Origin: a virus
DNA: 64,000 nucleotides
Strand: one strand, 5' to 3'
IMG/VR virus record: IMGVR_UViG_3300001688_000214
Part shown: in pieces, positions 20,822 through 33,771 of the stretch
Layout: each line of letters starts with the position of its first letter
Numbering within the stretch: the stretch's first letter is position 1
Position numbers and translations under genes: made by a program
The notes under the pieces: model-generated
Told to the model about the DNA's origin: nothing
The model's database searches: none
Seen by the model: the letters and a program-made list of their open reading frames with translations, nothing else

Positions 20822-21538
20822 ATGTTACGTTTTGGTATAGAAATAGAGTTCATACTCAAACCCGAAAACGCAGTATCCTTACTAAGTCTGTTAGACCAGT
20901 ACAAGGATATACTAATATCCAACAAAGAATTTAAGCCTAGTACTCCTCTGTTTATTGATGGTTCTATTAGTTCCTCAGTAGACACCAGTGACCCTAGTTC
21001 CTTATTCCATTTAGGATTCGAAATAAAGACAAGGAAATTAGAATACACCAAAGAAAACTTTGATAGATTCAAATCCTTATTCGAAGAACTATCTAAGGTA
21101 GTCTATTCCAATACAACTTGTGGTATTCACGTACATTGTTCAAAGAAATGGTTCTCCTTGAAAGATCATTTTGCTTTGTTATATGAATACTTAGACAAGG
21201 AGTATTACAAAGAATTTCTACTATTAGAAGAACAGAAGATGAGCGATGAAACCTACGCTAATGTGAACAAGACTAAGAGCTATTTCCACAAGAGAGTTAA
21301 CAAGGCTATCAAAGACAACACTAAGATTGAAATCGATATATTGGGTCATGAAAGAAAGGTTGACCTTTACAAGGTTCATCTTGATTATAACAGCATAGAA
21401 TTTAGAGGATTAAGAGGGCACTTTAGTAAGGTGTCTAATACTGGTATACTTTCTACTATTGAAAGTTACCTATCTATAATGGAAACTTTAAGATATGAAA
21501 AACAGATAAAGGAAGTCTTTGTCTGGGAGGAATAGTAA
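20822..21538 (+). CDS. putative amidoligase-family (COOH-NH2 ligase) protein
   Basis: FGIEIE, GFEIKT, TCGIHVH, IEFR; no internal TAG, ends TAG-TAA-TAA. Confidence 0.7.
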
Positions 21539-21541
21539 TAA

Positions 21542-21766
21542 ATGGCAAAAGTAGGAAGACCTAGAAAAACTAGAAGAGTATCTACCGAGGGCATTGGTGG
21601 GTTTGGATTGTTCGAATTGAAGTGTAAGTATTGTTAGAATACAGCACTAGTTTCTGAAGGCACAAAATCAAGAATATGTGCACTATGCTTAATGAAACTA
21701 GACGGATTCTATCCCGTATAGGAAATAGAAGCAATGAAAGGAATGAAAAAAGAAGAAGATCATTAA
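21542..21766 (+). CDS. AT-hook + Zn-finger small protein (TAG-recoded)
   Basis: GRPRK, CKYC, CALC. Confidence 0.55.
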
Positions 21767-21803
21767 CTGAATTAACAGTAATTACAGACAGGGAGAATTT
21801 AAC

Positions 21804-22088
21804 ATGGAACGCAATTAGTATGAATTAGCATTGAAAAAGATGCAATTCTTAGGTAGCACCTTATTGGGTACTTAGCCATAGTCCTTCAATGCTGACTCAT
21901 TTGTAAGTACCTACAATCTTCTCTCCCTTGGTAAACTTTTAAATTAGTTGGGATTTTCAGAACATTATATGTTGATAGGTTCAAATTCAATTTACACAGA
22001 AAATACTTAGTTAATTCGTTTTTGTAAGAAAAATAGCATCCCCTTAAAGGTTTACCACAATTACACTTCGGAGAAAATTGAATTATGA
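21804..22088 (+). CDS. hypothetical protein (TAG-recoded)
   Basis: GGAG RBS; only TAG interruptions. Confidence 0.5.
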
Positions 22089-22438
22089 ACACAACAATAA
22101 GCATTAAGCGAATTATATCGTAGTATGTAGAAAAACAGAGATTTGAATTCCAATCGGTTTTCAGTTCCAGTTAGGCTATTGAATAGTTAACGAGCCTAAT
22201 ACAGGAAATACAAATGTTAACTAGTGGAGGGATGGATGCCAAAAAGATTATGTTAGTCCTTAACAATGTTAATGATGAACTCATCCCCACTTAGCCGTTA
22301 AGCCTTGAAGAGCTGAAAAATATATAGGATCAAATCTGCACATATGAATACAAGAAAAAGGTAGACGCCTACACAATGGTTTACAGTCTAATATCAAGTT
22401 TAAACGGAAAGGGAGTTATAAGTGAACAAGAGTTATGA
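22085..22438 (+). CDS. hypothetical protein (TAG-recoded)
   Basis: ATGA-coupled; only TAG interruptions. Confidence 0.5.
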
Positions 22439-22695
22439 ACTAAGAGATAACATAATAGTGACTAGCGTTTCAACTCTAGCATAGAAAGGTAAAGTTCATT
22501 ATATAAGGGGATTAGATACAATTTGTCATTGTGGCAAATCCATTAAAATACACGGAAGTAGATATAATGAAGAACTTAAAAAGTTTGAAACCTTTTGTCC
22601 CGATGACGCTATATTAGTAAATGAAGATTTTGATATAATTAGCGTCTTAAAGGTAGACAAATTCCAATTAATATTCAAAGAAAGAGAGGTATAAT

Positions 22696-22932
22696 ATGAA
22701 TGATTAGGGTTTAATTTTAACTGACCGACCAACAGATGAAGCCACGACTAAAATAGAATAGGCTAAGAAGATGTTTGTAGGGTGTTAGAAATGCGGAGGA
22801 TTGAGATTCAATCAAATCTTTATCCTTAAGAAGGTGACTCCTTTGGATGATCCTTAGTTAACGGAAAATATGGTACAACCTATTCCGATATTCTAGTGTA
22901 AGAAGTGTGGAGCTATAGCTAATATTGGATGA
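22696..22932 (+). CDS. Zn-ribbon protein (TAG-recoded)
   Basis: C[E]KCG...PIPIF[E]CKKCG. Confidence 0.6.
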
Positions 22933-23426
22933 AAAAGAGAAAGTATGAACATAAGGGATTAAGTTTCGATTCTAAATAGGAAATTTAGTGCTTTTAGTGG
23001 TTGAGCTAGTTGAAATGCTAGGGAGCCATAGAAGACTTTGTTTATCAACCATAGAGTTTCATGCTATCTTAGCCTGTATCTTTCAATAAGAAATCCCTAT
23101 TAAGGGGACACGTATATACACCCGATTTTACTGTGGACAATCCAAATTAGAAATTAATGAAGGATCTCTTCATATACACGGAAGGGTTCGATACGCACTA
23201 CATTTAGATTAAGCCTGGTTTCGACAGATTCCATGATACTACCAAATTTGTAATCAATCAGAAATGGACTTACGCCAAATATGGGATATATGTTTATAAA
23301 TTTGAGGTAGAATCGTTATTTCTAAAGACATTTGTTCCTGAATATTCCCGATACACAGAAAAGACTAGAAAACTTAGAGATAAGTATAAACATACACCAA
23401 ATGTCAAGCAATATTTACATACTTGA
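22929..23426 (+). CDS. PD-(D/E)xK nuclease, DUF1064-like (TAG-recoded)
   Basis: FDSK[E]E, YTPDF, YI[E]IK. Confidence 0.75.
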
Positions 23427-23436
23427 ACACGGATAT

Positions 23437-23473
23437 GCACCCTAATTTGCTTTTAGGGTGCGTTTCTTTTTTT
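23437..23473 (+). terminator. intrinsic terminator ending + strand block
   Basis: gcaccctaa...ttagggtgc + T tract. Confidence 0.8.
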
Positions 23474-23575
23474 ACGTGGACAGTTTGTTGATTAGGACGT
23501 AAAAAGGCAATTTAAGGTGTGAGTTTGCAAAATTCAATCTCGTAAGATTCAGTTAAATCGAATCAAAATTTAGGC

Positions 23576-23617
23576 AAAAAAATAGGGGTTTGATCGCAGG
23601 ATCATTCCCCTATTTTT
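23576..23617 (-). terminator. intrinsic terminator after tail tube
   Basis: aaaaatagggg..tgatc gcag gatca..cccctattttt. Confidence 0.8.
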
Positions 23618-23633
23618 GTCGATTGATTTTATA

Positions 23634-24122
23634 TCAGAACTACAAGATTGCCTTGTCGAACCTGATGGTTAAGTTTATCTACATAGGTGTAGACTAGTCA
23701 GCCATATCCAAGTCACCGAAGTCTGCTGCTTGTATCCAAGCATTTACTAACTTCCAGCTCTATTGGACATCGCCAGATGGACCGAGAACCTAGATTTTCA
23801 TATCTGGGAAGATGTAGTTATTAAGATAGCCATCTCTGCCACTTAGAGGTTCGTGTTTGGCTCTAAGCATTGTCATAATAGCCTGCGCACCCGAAGGTGT
23901 ATATGCGTCTACTACTGTTACAGATATTGGATCCCAAGTGACCTTTCCAGCACTCCATCTTTTTAGATTTAAATAGTTATATTGCACCTAAGCAGCAGTC
24001 CACTTAGGTCTTGTTGCCTTTGTGCATAAGTATGTGGGAATACCTGCAATCGTGACCAAGAAAAGATACTTTAACTTAGCCTAATATTGTACTCCTAGCA
24101 TTTCATTTTGATAATCTGCCAT
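23634..24122 (-). CDS. tail tube protein (gp19-like), TAG-recoded
   Basis: follows sheath; GKVTWDPI, PSGAQA, LGPSGDV, DFGDLD, RFDKAIL. Confidence 0.85.
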
Positions 24123-24141
24123 TATTAAATTTCTCCTTTAA

Positions 24142-26394
24142 TCAAAGCTCTGTATCAGTTCTAACAATATTGATTGGAATAATAATGAACTAAGCTGTCT
24201 TGGTAGGCTTAATCCAGACCTAGCCTATTAACTGATTTCTATCAATTATATCAGGAGTGTTATTAGTCTAATCCATCTTGAACTTGAATGCATATAATCC
24301 ATTCGAAGTGATCAAGTTGTTGAGGTAAGCCTAAACACCAATAGTGAAAATAGCTCTAAGTGAAGCGGTATTGTTGTCGAACAACACAGTTTTACCGTAG
24401 GCATTAATCCACTTCGCAATTCTATTTATCAATATTCTTACATTTAATCTATCTAATGCAGATGCTTTTTGTTGTAGAGTCTTTTGACCCCAAACGACTG
24501 TTCCATTAGATGCAAATGAAGCTATAGGATTGATCTTTGCTGCATATAATGAATCTCTTTCAGCTCTATTAAGTTTAGAAACTGCTTGTAATACATTAAG
24601 CGTTCCACGATTGATACCTGCAGGAGCATAGTGAGGTTGAGAAACTCTTTCGGTATAAGCGATAACTGAAGGAATCAATGTTGCTGCTGGAATAATTGGG
24701 AATGTCTTAGTGTAAGGACATTTGATCTTAACTGCGGGATAATAAACTGCTCCAAATGAAGAGTCAAATCCTGCTGTGTATTCAGTGACTTGTGCTACAT
24801 TCAAGGTACTCATTTCTGCAGCATCAGCTACAACTATGCAATCCCCTCTTTCTTCACAAACCTACTATAATGCATATTCAAATATCACTTTCTTTTCAGG
24901 AGTTTCAATGTTAACGCCTGCTAAAGATATCACATCAATATCAAATTCCTAAGCATTCTTAAGCATGTTTAATGCCTTTTCATACTTAGCATAACCTGTA
25001 GAGTTCACCCCACCAGTTACATCAAATCCAAATATTGTTGAAGGATCAGTAACATATCCAGTTGAAGGATCTTTACCATCAAATCCACCGTACATAGGTA
25101 CAAAGTAGTCATAGGTTAAATCGTCATATAAAGTGTCGCCACTCCAAAGATCAACAGAAGAACTTACACCTTGAGGTACTGAAAGGACTTTGATAGCGTT
25201 TTTGTTGGTATGGTATCCCCAGTGCTTGTAATAGGGATTAGTAATGCTGTATGAGCCTGTAGTTGTTACTAATGTAGGATAATCAAATTCTACATTGCTT
25301 CCTGAATATGCACAAGGAATTCTATAAACTCTCGTTGGCAATCCAAGTTTGGCAATATTTGATTCTTTAACGTCATCACTTAATTCAACTCTAACATAGT
25401 TAGACTTATTAGGATAATCCCCTTCTAAAGTTAACTTGTTATTGACTGAATCGTATTTATAATATTGATCCCCAATTCTCTTTCCAATATATGACTCACT
25501 TAAAGGATTTAAGTCTACTTCATAGAAAGTTTCAAGAATTATAGGTTTCTTGTCAGTATCATCATATGCTCTGATTACAATATCAAATTTAGCATACTAT
25601 AAAGTGGGGCTATCGTTTAGTCTCTATACTGCAATTTTGATTTCCCTATTAGTATAGTCACCATCTCCAATGTGATGTAATTTAAACAGTTTAGTACCTG
25701 AAGAATTTCCAATCCAAGGAGTTACGGCATGGTTAAAGGGGGTTCCAGTGTAGTTAAGTAAGTCAGTAATCTCGATAATACTTACGGTATCATAAAGCTT
25801 TCCAGTTGAACCGCTAAACGAAGTTAAATCCGTATATTTATCAACTACATACATTGGTTTAGAAGGTTGGTAAGGATTAGTTCCGAATATATCTTCAATT
25901 GCTAATACCTGAGTAGTACTTAATGTGTAATTAGTTCTACCTAATGCTTCATTCTAAACATAAAATTGAAGAGGTGTTGAAAAGCCTAGAGCTGAGGAAG
26001 ATACTAAGCCTTCTTGTACTAATGACATAGTTCCATCTGTTCCAGTTAGGGTTAAAAGAGCTAGCACATCAGCTGTTTCAGAACCTGTTTTTCCGACAAT
26101 TGCATACGCATTCTTGCTATATCCTTCCTACCATAATAATCTTTGAACCCAGAAGTTCCCTTTATGCTTCGAATACTAGTATGCTGCATATTGTGAGAAG
26201 AACTTTCCGTTAGGTTCGCCAGTTTTATCTAATAGATCGTAGGTGTCCTTGATTTTCATAGGGATAAATGCTTGTCCCTTTGTAAATCCGCCAATAAATA
26301 CTGCAGATGGTCCACCTTCAGGTGCGGACTATAAAAAGGAAAGATCGTTTTCCTATGTATAAATTCCTGGGCTTAAATAATCTCTTGTTGGCAT
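24142..26394 (-). CDS. tail sheath protein (gp18-like), TAG-recoded, 750 aa
   Basis: SPGIYT[E]ENDLS, YGGFDG, APAGINRG, WGQKTLQ..SALDRLNVR, KPTKTA[E]FII. Confidence 0.93.
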
Positions 26395-26400
26395 TATTTA

Positions 26401-26688
26401 TTAATTCTCCTAAATTACACCCTACTATTCAGATTTATCAGACTTTCCCTAGGCTGGTAAAAACTACCATGATTTAGGGTCTACATAACCATTTCCGTAC
26501 TAATTGTAAATCTGTTGTATTAGTGCATCTTTTTCTTGATTTAGATTTTGAATTTCTTCCATAAGATTCTACTTTTCCTTCTTTAACAACGATTTATGAT
26601 AGGTTACAAACCCTAATCTCTTAACGGAAGAGTCGATGTTGTTAGTTAATTCGATAATCTTATTGCTATACTATTCTTTGATTTTCAT
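26401..26688 (-). CDS. small coiled-coil protein (TAG-recoded)
   Basis: ...YGNGYVDPKSW[E]FLP. Confidence 0.6.
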
Positions 26689-26710
26689 ATGTCACTCCTA
26701 TATGTTACTA

Positions 26711-27424
26711 TTAATTAATTATTGTCTAATTGAAAATCGGGACAATATTTTTTGTGGGTCTTTTCTACTCAACGGTAGGAAGATTTTGGTAGGACTTAGG
26801 ATATAGTGTGGAGTCTGTAGATATGGAAAAGTTACATTTAATCAATCGTTGGTCATTAGCCTAAATTTCAGTAGTATTTGAAAAATCGCTAAACTTAGTC
26901 TTTACTCTATATCCCTCTATTATCCACCATTTATCATGATGAAGGAAGAATGCCTATAAAATCTAATTCATGTCTGTTTGTGTTTCGGCATAAATTTGAA
27001 ACTAATAATTACAAGAAATTGGAATAGGCAACATCATATTGTAATATGAGGTCTTTTTGATGTTCCCTCCCAACGTATCTAGTTTGCCAAAAGGTCTATC
27101 TTTAGAATACTTATTTTGTACTTCTATGAAGTTTCTATTTCCATTGTACCATACTCTATTAACCATTTTAGAATCTCTTCGTTTAGTAGTAGTTCTACTA
27201 AAGGAGATTATGGGATAAAGAACATTTCCTTTCTAATCTACTAGGTAATTCCTCCTTCTTACTTGCACCCATCTCTAAGCACCATTGTAAACGATAGGAA
27301 TAATAATCTGTTCTTCATTGTACCCTTGAACTGTAGGAGATATAACCTATTGAATGTATCTCATCATAGTTTCATCAGTTTTCTAAATGGGGATGTAAGC
27401 TTCAATCTGTTTGTCATTAATCAT
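26711..27424 (-). CDS. tail completion/sheath-stabiliser (gp15-like), TAG-recoded
   Basis: IPIVYNGA[E]RW, YPIISF; position between neck and sheath. Confidence 0.65.
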
Positions 27425-27885
27425 ACAAATCTAAGCTCCTTTAGTTGATTGACTTTAGAATTAGATAATGCAGTAGTCTAACAAATCTTGGACCATTGTG
27501 TATCCGACCTATTACCAATCAATTGCTATTGGGTTACCTTCGTAATTTCCCAGAATATACCATTCCAACCAAGTATATCTGCCACCTATGGATATAGGTT
27601 AATTGATTGCAAGGTTGAAACTAAAAACTTAAATGTAGTATTGTTTTTGTAGGTCACACTTTCGTTATAAGTTAATTCTTGAGCATTATGAACTACCATA
27701 CCTTTTACATATATACCAGGATAGAAGTTGAAAGTTTTGTGTTTAGCCTAACCATAGATATTCATCTACATTTTCTAAGGGTTTAACTTAAAAAACAAGA
27801 TATCAACATCCATCACCTTCTAAACCAATTCACGACTAATACCTCTTAGAGTATCTAGATCTCTGGATGGAAAATACATAGGCAT
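27421..27885 (-). CDS. neck/head-closure protein (gp14-like), TAG-recoded
   Basis: RDLDTLRGISRELV, NIYG[E]; synteny. Confidence 0.65.
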
Positions 27886-27891
27886 AATCGA

Positions 27892-29028
27892 TTACCCTAT
27901 AAAGATTCTAGTAGGAACTTTACTATTAATGATTTGAAGGTTCTAAGCCATGTCTTTTTTCTTCTACATGAGCTTATTCATAGAACTCTATTCTAATACC
28001 AATTTTAGCTATTCTATGAGCTTATCCTGTTCAGTGGTTGCCTACAATTTAAGAGCATCTCCGTCTAAAGAGGTATCACCCTCAGGATATGGAACTGTAG
28101 CATATTTTGATCTAATAGTTCCTAAAATCTATTTAGTTAGAGCTAATGTAAATCTCTGAATCCAATTTCTACCAGGCATATTAATATCACTATAAGTTAA
28201 ATGACTTTTAATTGGAAAGTTAGAGACATTGTTAATGGTATTATGTCTTATTGAATTCGAATACTTATCGGACTTCAATATGTAATCAACACATACCATA
28301 CCATCAGTATTAGGAACTGGAAAGAATAAAACTTTGTTCTTCCTAAGTTCAAATCCATAATGGGATCTTCTGATTTGTTGAGTTAATTCCAATGCTTGCA
28401 TTTTCAACATAGTTTCAAACAATGGCATTACTACTAATCTAGCATTCGAAGCATAAACTCCGCCAAACTAATTCATTACGGATGCCATGTTAAAACCAGG
28501 GTTTATCATTGGGTCATATACTGCTGTATTATACATAGCAGGATAATGGTATATCTAAAGAATCTGAATGTTGCTATTAGTGTATTGTGGGATGAAATCT
28601 GTTAAGTTGTACTATTGTTGTCCGCTTTTAATGTTAATAGATGCAGTATAAATTTCAGTGTGAAGTGAATTTCTAATTATTGCCTATTGCCCATACATAG
28701 AAGATAGTTCAAACACTGAGTTTAAATTGCCGTATATGCCTGCTTTAGATAAATCTTGGGTAGGGTCTTGACCGTAAACATTTAACATGTTATCGCTTAT
28801 CTTATACTCGTTAACTATAGTTGAATACTTCATTGTTGCACATTCAAATGCAGTAAAAATATGTTCTGGATATATCTATAACTACATAGAGGGATACCCT
28901 AAAGAGCGAACGACATATCTTAATACCTTTATAGAATCTGTTACGAACTGAGCATCGGAATCAAATTCCTAGAAGGCAGTACTTCCTGAAGCACTAAATG
29001 TCACATTGTACCAGTCTATTGTTGGCAT
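27892..29028 (-). CDS. neck/head-tail adaptor (gp13-like), TAG-recoded
   Basis: SLGYPSM[E]L[E]I, WIQRFTLALTK, RSKY, ends IFIG. Confidence 0.75.
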
Positions 29029-29042
29029 TGTTATTTCCTTTA

Positions 29043-29297
29043 TTATCTAAAGTTTTTAAGCATAGACAATATAGCAGTTTTAACTGCCTTTTTGTAGAGT
29101 TTCTAATACTGTCCACCCTATTCCTTTATTGCCATTCTCTCCAATTCATCAATTATAATCTAAATTTGAGCAAGTTTTGCAGAAGCAGTAACTGTAAACG
29201 GCTTATCTCTATCCAACCCTTCAAAGCCTGGATACTTGTAAGCCTACGTTATCGATTGTTTCATCTTCTACATTATTAATTTATTCTATTTTGTCAT
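29043..29297 (-). CDS. hypothetical protein (TAG-recoded)
   Basis: frame interrupted only by TAG. Confidence 0.5.
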
Positions 29298-29321
29298 TTA
29301 TTTTCCCCTTATAAAGGTAAA

Positions 29322-29352
29322 ATTGGGGATGATAGTTACCCACACCCCCAAT
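29322..29352 (-). terminator. putative terminator after capsid gene
   Basis: attgggg...ccccaat stem, T-rich on - strand. Confidence 0.5.
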
Positions 29353-29380
29353 GTATTATTTGTTAGTAATCCTTTAGGGA

Positions 29381-31069
29381 TTAAACGGTTTCCAATCCTT
29401 CAACAAACAGTGCGCCATAATAGTCTCTACGAAGCATGGTCTTAGCATATCTTGTGTAGACACCCTTGGTAGGTGTTAAGTTTGTTGGTTCCATAATGTT
29501 AGGAAGCATGATAAGAGGAATGTATGGGCAGTATGCAGCACCGAAATCAAGGAATCCAGTACCTCTATATCCCATAATCATCATATTGTCAGCGACACTA
29601 TAAGGATTCTTGTAGATTCTGTATCTGTTTCTGAATGTACCAACTTGGGTAAATCCTGCTTCCATCCAATCGGTTGATCCGTCCATGGTTGCACCAGTTG
29701 CGACGAAACCTTCAATCGTTTCAAGAACAGTAGCGAGGGTTGGGGACACGATTGCGAAGTTTGCTCCACCCTTACCAGTCTTCTGGTGAATTTGATTGCT
29801 GATCTTTTGCATTGGAATACCAATGTTACGGAACCATGATGGTTTGTCTTGGATAGCGTAGGATTCATTCTTTGCAAAGGTTGCTGCACCATAGGGATCA
29901 ACGCTTGAAAGTTCGTAGCCAGGTCTTACTGAGAAGTATCCATGGTTGTTGGATTCAATACCACCCTTACCAATCATTGCGACTAGTTCAAGGTCAGTTT
30001 CAAGAGTGATTTGATCGGTAAGTTGATTAGAAATCTATTGTTCACCATCGATTGCAAGGAATGCATTCAAGTCGTCAACTAACTATTGAGTCCATGTTGC
30101 TTTCATCTTACGAGTCTAAGGAACGATAGGCTTTTGAGTTAATTTGAACTGAACTTCTGGAATTTCTAAGTTGGTACCTTGATACTAGAAGTCACCACGA
30201 TCATAAGTTACAGGCTGTTTGTGATATGAGCAAGTTACATCACCAGACCAAGAGCCTGTGCCACCTGTTAAAACTATGAATTCTACGTTTGTTCCATTCA
30301 ACTTTGTGAATTGGGGAAATACTTTAACAATGTAGTTACCAGAGCTAGTATCAGTTACACTGTTCTTGATATTGTATGCTGAATATCCGTTTAAGTCAGG
30401 ATTAGTTAAGCCACTAAGTGGCACGCTAAGTTTCTTAACTTCACCATTTTGCATGGATGCAGTATAAGTGGAACTGTACCAGATTTGGGTGTCGTTATAA
30501 ACGTCACCTAAGGTGATATCTGAACCTGATGTTGCAGTTGGTGTTACGTTAGCGAATTGATCATTAAGAGAATAACCCCACTTGCCTGCTCCGTAGAACC
30601 CTGCAGTAATATCAGTATCCATGACATAGTCATAGCTACCGCTTTCGCCACCAAAGGTTGTTCCATTGATGGAATGTCCAGCAGTAAACCTGCCAAGTTC
30701 TTTGTTGCTACCAAATTGATGGTCAAGGAAGAATACCAAGCCTGCGGGTTGTGACATTGCTTGGATTGTTACGAAATCTTTCGATGCTAACTTGAACATG
30801 AATCTACGAATGAGAGGCATTGCGATACCTACCCACTATTCATGGTATTGTGTAGTTGATGTATAGTTAGCTTCTTTGATAATTTGCTTTGCTTCGTTCT
30901 AAAGCATTATAGCTACGTTTGTTCTTAAGAGGGTATCTTTTGGATGATCCAAGCCCTACATAAGACCTAACTTCTACCATTTTGAAGCAATTCTTTCGGC
31001 TTGCTGTAATCTAGTTCCGTAGTTAGGGTTTTGGTCAATTACTGATTTAATTGCCTAAGTGTATCTCAT
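29381..31069 (-). CDS. major capsid protein (gp23-like), TAG-recoded, 562 aa
   Basis: KW[E]KLGLM[E]GL, ML[E]N, PLIRR, QAMSQPAGLVF, TRKMKATWTQ[E]L, YCPYIPL, TRYA. Confidence 0.95.
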
Positions 31070-31092
31070 TATTTTAAAATCTCCTGTTTAAT

Positions 31093-32019
31093 TCAAAGAA
31101 CCCCTGCTCTTCTCTTAAAGATGCGAGCGATGGTTTCTAATGAATCCTAATTGTCTATCATATCTCGATTTTCTTTGATATTAGTTTTTGTTGAATTAAT
31201 CTTTTTGGAAGCACCTGCTTTTGAAGCTGGTGTTCTTTCGATCTTCTTAGTAGAAGGGGAATTCAGACCCTACATAAGTGTAGCATAAACTAATTTGATT
31301 TCTCTTTCGTTTCTTGCTCTGTCAAAGTTTTCAATTATCTTCATCTTTTGAGGTCTAGTCAAATTGAATTTATTGAAAAGGTTAAGTGCATATTTGCCCT
31401 TTAGTTGGAGCCATTTAGTCTAATTAAGTTGTTCGTTGATAAGCTGTAAGCTCTTCTTGTACTTAAGATTTTCTCTTGTAAGCTATCTTACTTTCTTCTT
31501 GAAAGACTAAACTACTTCAGCTGGGATCTTGTCCTAAGGATATTCACCTTCGCCACATTCTTCAACAACTTCCTATTCTGCAGGAATCTATTCTGTTGCA
31601 AACTATTCCTATTCAGATTCAAGGATTTCACGGATTCTTTCCATTAAGTCCTAATCTTCCTAGGATTCCATTAAGTCCTAATCTTCCTCAGTTGGCACCT
31701 ATTCAGTTTCATCGTCTAATTCCTAGATGATATCGTCTAATTCGGTATCCTACTACTATGCGGGAAGTTCCTAATCATCAGTTAGAATTTCCTATTCTTC
31801 TGTTACAGGCATTTCCTATTCCTATGGTTCAAAGGTATCCTATTCACCATCAAGGATCTAATCCTAAAATTCAGGAATATCCTACTAACTCTATCTGATT
31901 CTTCTCTTCAGGCTTGTTGTAAGCTCTGATAATAGGCTGTCTTTTACAACCTATGCTGATGCTTCTTTAAGTTTTTTAGCCTAGAAAATAGACTAACTTA
32001 AAAGATTCTTTACTGCCAT
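31093..32019 (-). CDS. prohead core/scaffold protein, TAG-recoded, 308 aa
   Basis: acidic central tract, coiled coil, KIIENFDRA...IKLVYATL; directly upstream of capsid. Confidence 0.8.
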
Positions 32020-32113
32020 TGTTTGTGTTCTCCTAAATTTCTACAAATATTAGTTGATTTGTAATAATATGAATTTATTAGTAAACTAAATCATCGTATT
32101 CACACGATGAATA

Positions 32114-32344
32114 TTAATCGGTATTAGTTCTCTTTTTAAACTATTCTAGCCATAAGTTTGCTTTCCATTTTCTCAAACTCTTTTTCTTTCTGTTTTTAAT
32201 GGAAGGCTTAACGAAATAAACATGTTCGTTATACTCCCTCATAATATTGTTCTAAACGACAATTCTACGCAATCTACGTATGGCTTTATCGATGTTATCA
32301 TGTTCAACGATAACTGAACGACCTGTTTTGTGTTTCTTTTTCAA
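32114..32344 (-). CDS. rpsU: phage ribosomal protein bS21 (2 TAG)
   Basis: TTG start after GAGGT; VIVEHDNIDKAIRRLRR...YFVKPSIKNRKKK. Confidence 0.8.
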
Positions 32345-32451
32345 TTTTACCTCTGTTATAAAGATTCGTTTATAATTACTAATAACCTTGAAAAAACCAT
32401 AAAATATTTTTGCATTTTACCATGTAATAGGAACAGCTTAACAAAAAATGA

Positions 32452-32754
32452 TTATAAATTCAAGGTTTTTAATTTTGTATAGTATTGAGGTTCTTCATAC
32501 AAATGATCTAAAGTTATTTTCAATGCTTCCTAAGTGTTCTTAGTATGCTAACTTTCAGCTTTAATACCCATTACTACCTACCTTAAACTCAGCTTAGTAA
32601 TTTCCCAAATCTTCATATTCTTGGCTAACCCAGACTAATGCTAATCCATGGAGAACTATTTTATATCTATTCCAAATTTATCATATATGGTCTTTCTATA
32701 TTTGGAGAATTTTTCATCGTAACGCTAATTTAACAATTTAGAAAGTTTGATCAT
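32452..32754 (-). CDS. DUF5661-like protein (TAG-recoded)
   Basis: MGIKAES[E]HT...LDHLYEEPQYYTKL. Confidence 0.65.
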
Positions 32755-33029
32755 AATACCTTGATAAGATATAGAATGCCAACACCTATTAGAAATCCCA
32801 AAGCCCCTAATACAACACTTGCTACAGCATTAATTAGTTGCATTAATTTCAAGGCATATATGGAACCCTATGATTGTTTTATTTTAATGCAGGTTCTGTA
32901 TGTCTACCATCCTAAAAGCATTCCAGACATAAAGTATATGGCATGTACTATTCCAAAGAATACAGCTAATAAGCTGAATGGGATACCCGTTAAGAGATAT
33001 GCGATGTAAGGTTTATATTTCTTGTTCAT
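32751..33029 (-). CDS. small multi-TM membrane protein (holin candidate)
   Basis: hydrophobic segments; near amidase. Confidence 0.5.
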
Positions 33030-33129
33030 AAGTCTATCTTCTTAATCAGCTTAGTACCTTATTAAAGTTGTTGCTGGGAGAGGTTGTCTAACACAGCAGT
33101 TTTGAAATCTTTATCATATTTAGTTCTCC

Positions 33130-33390
33130 TTATCTAATGACTATAGCCATTCTATTTTTCAATTCTGAGTTAATAACTGTCTAAATTTTGGATTGTAATG
33201 ATTTGTTATTCATTATCTTGGAATGAATGAATTTCGCAGAATTTCCACTCAATTCTACTCTTGACCAAGAGGGAATAGATTTATCTTTGATCTAAAATGT
33301 ATCGTTTAAAATGTGGAACTGCATTATTATTTCATTAGATTCAGTTACCTTCACCTTTAACCCGCCCTATTCGTACTAAGATGCATTCAT
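33130..33390 (-). CDS. hypothetical protein (TAG-recoded)
   Basis: only TAG interruptions. Confidence 0.45.
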
Positions 33391-33406
33391 TTTCTATCGT
33401 TTTAAT

Positions 33407-33760
33407 TTAATATAGGTTCTGCATGTTGTCTACCATCCTAGAAGCATTCTAGACATCTATTTTATTGATATATCTAATAAATTGCTTAAATGCAGGAATT
33501 TTCTTTAAATCATTATATTTAGAAGGAAATCTATCTCCAGCGATCTATGTTAGATATGCTGCCTATATGATATCATAATTAAGTTCTGTTACCTTCATTA
33601 TCTCTGCAAAAACTTTATCAAGTCTAGAAATCCATTTATTTAATAACATCACGATAAACCCCTATTCTACTAGCATCGCTACGAACTATTTTGTAGCCTC
33701 ATGATAGTTTTTAAATGGTCTTGTATTTGACTATATTAGTATTCTTTTAAGTTTAATCAT
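33407..33760 (-). CDS. hypothetical protein, MIKLKRILI[E] N-terminus
   Basis: only TAG interruptions. Confidence 0.55.
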
Positions 33761-33771
33761 GTTTTCTTCTT

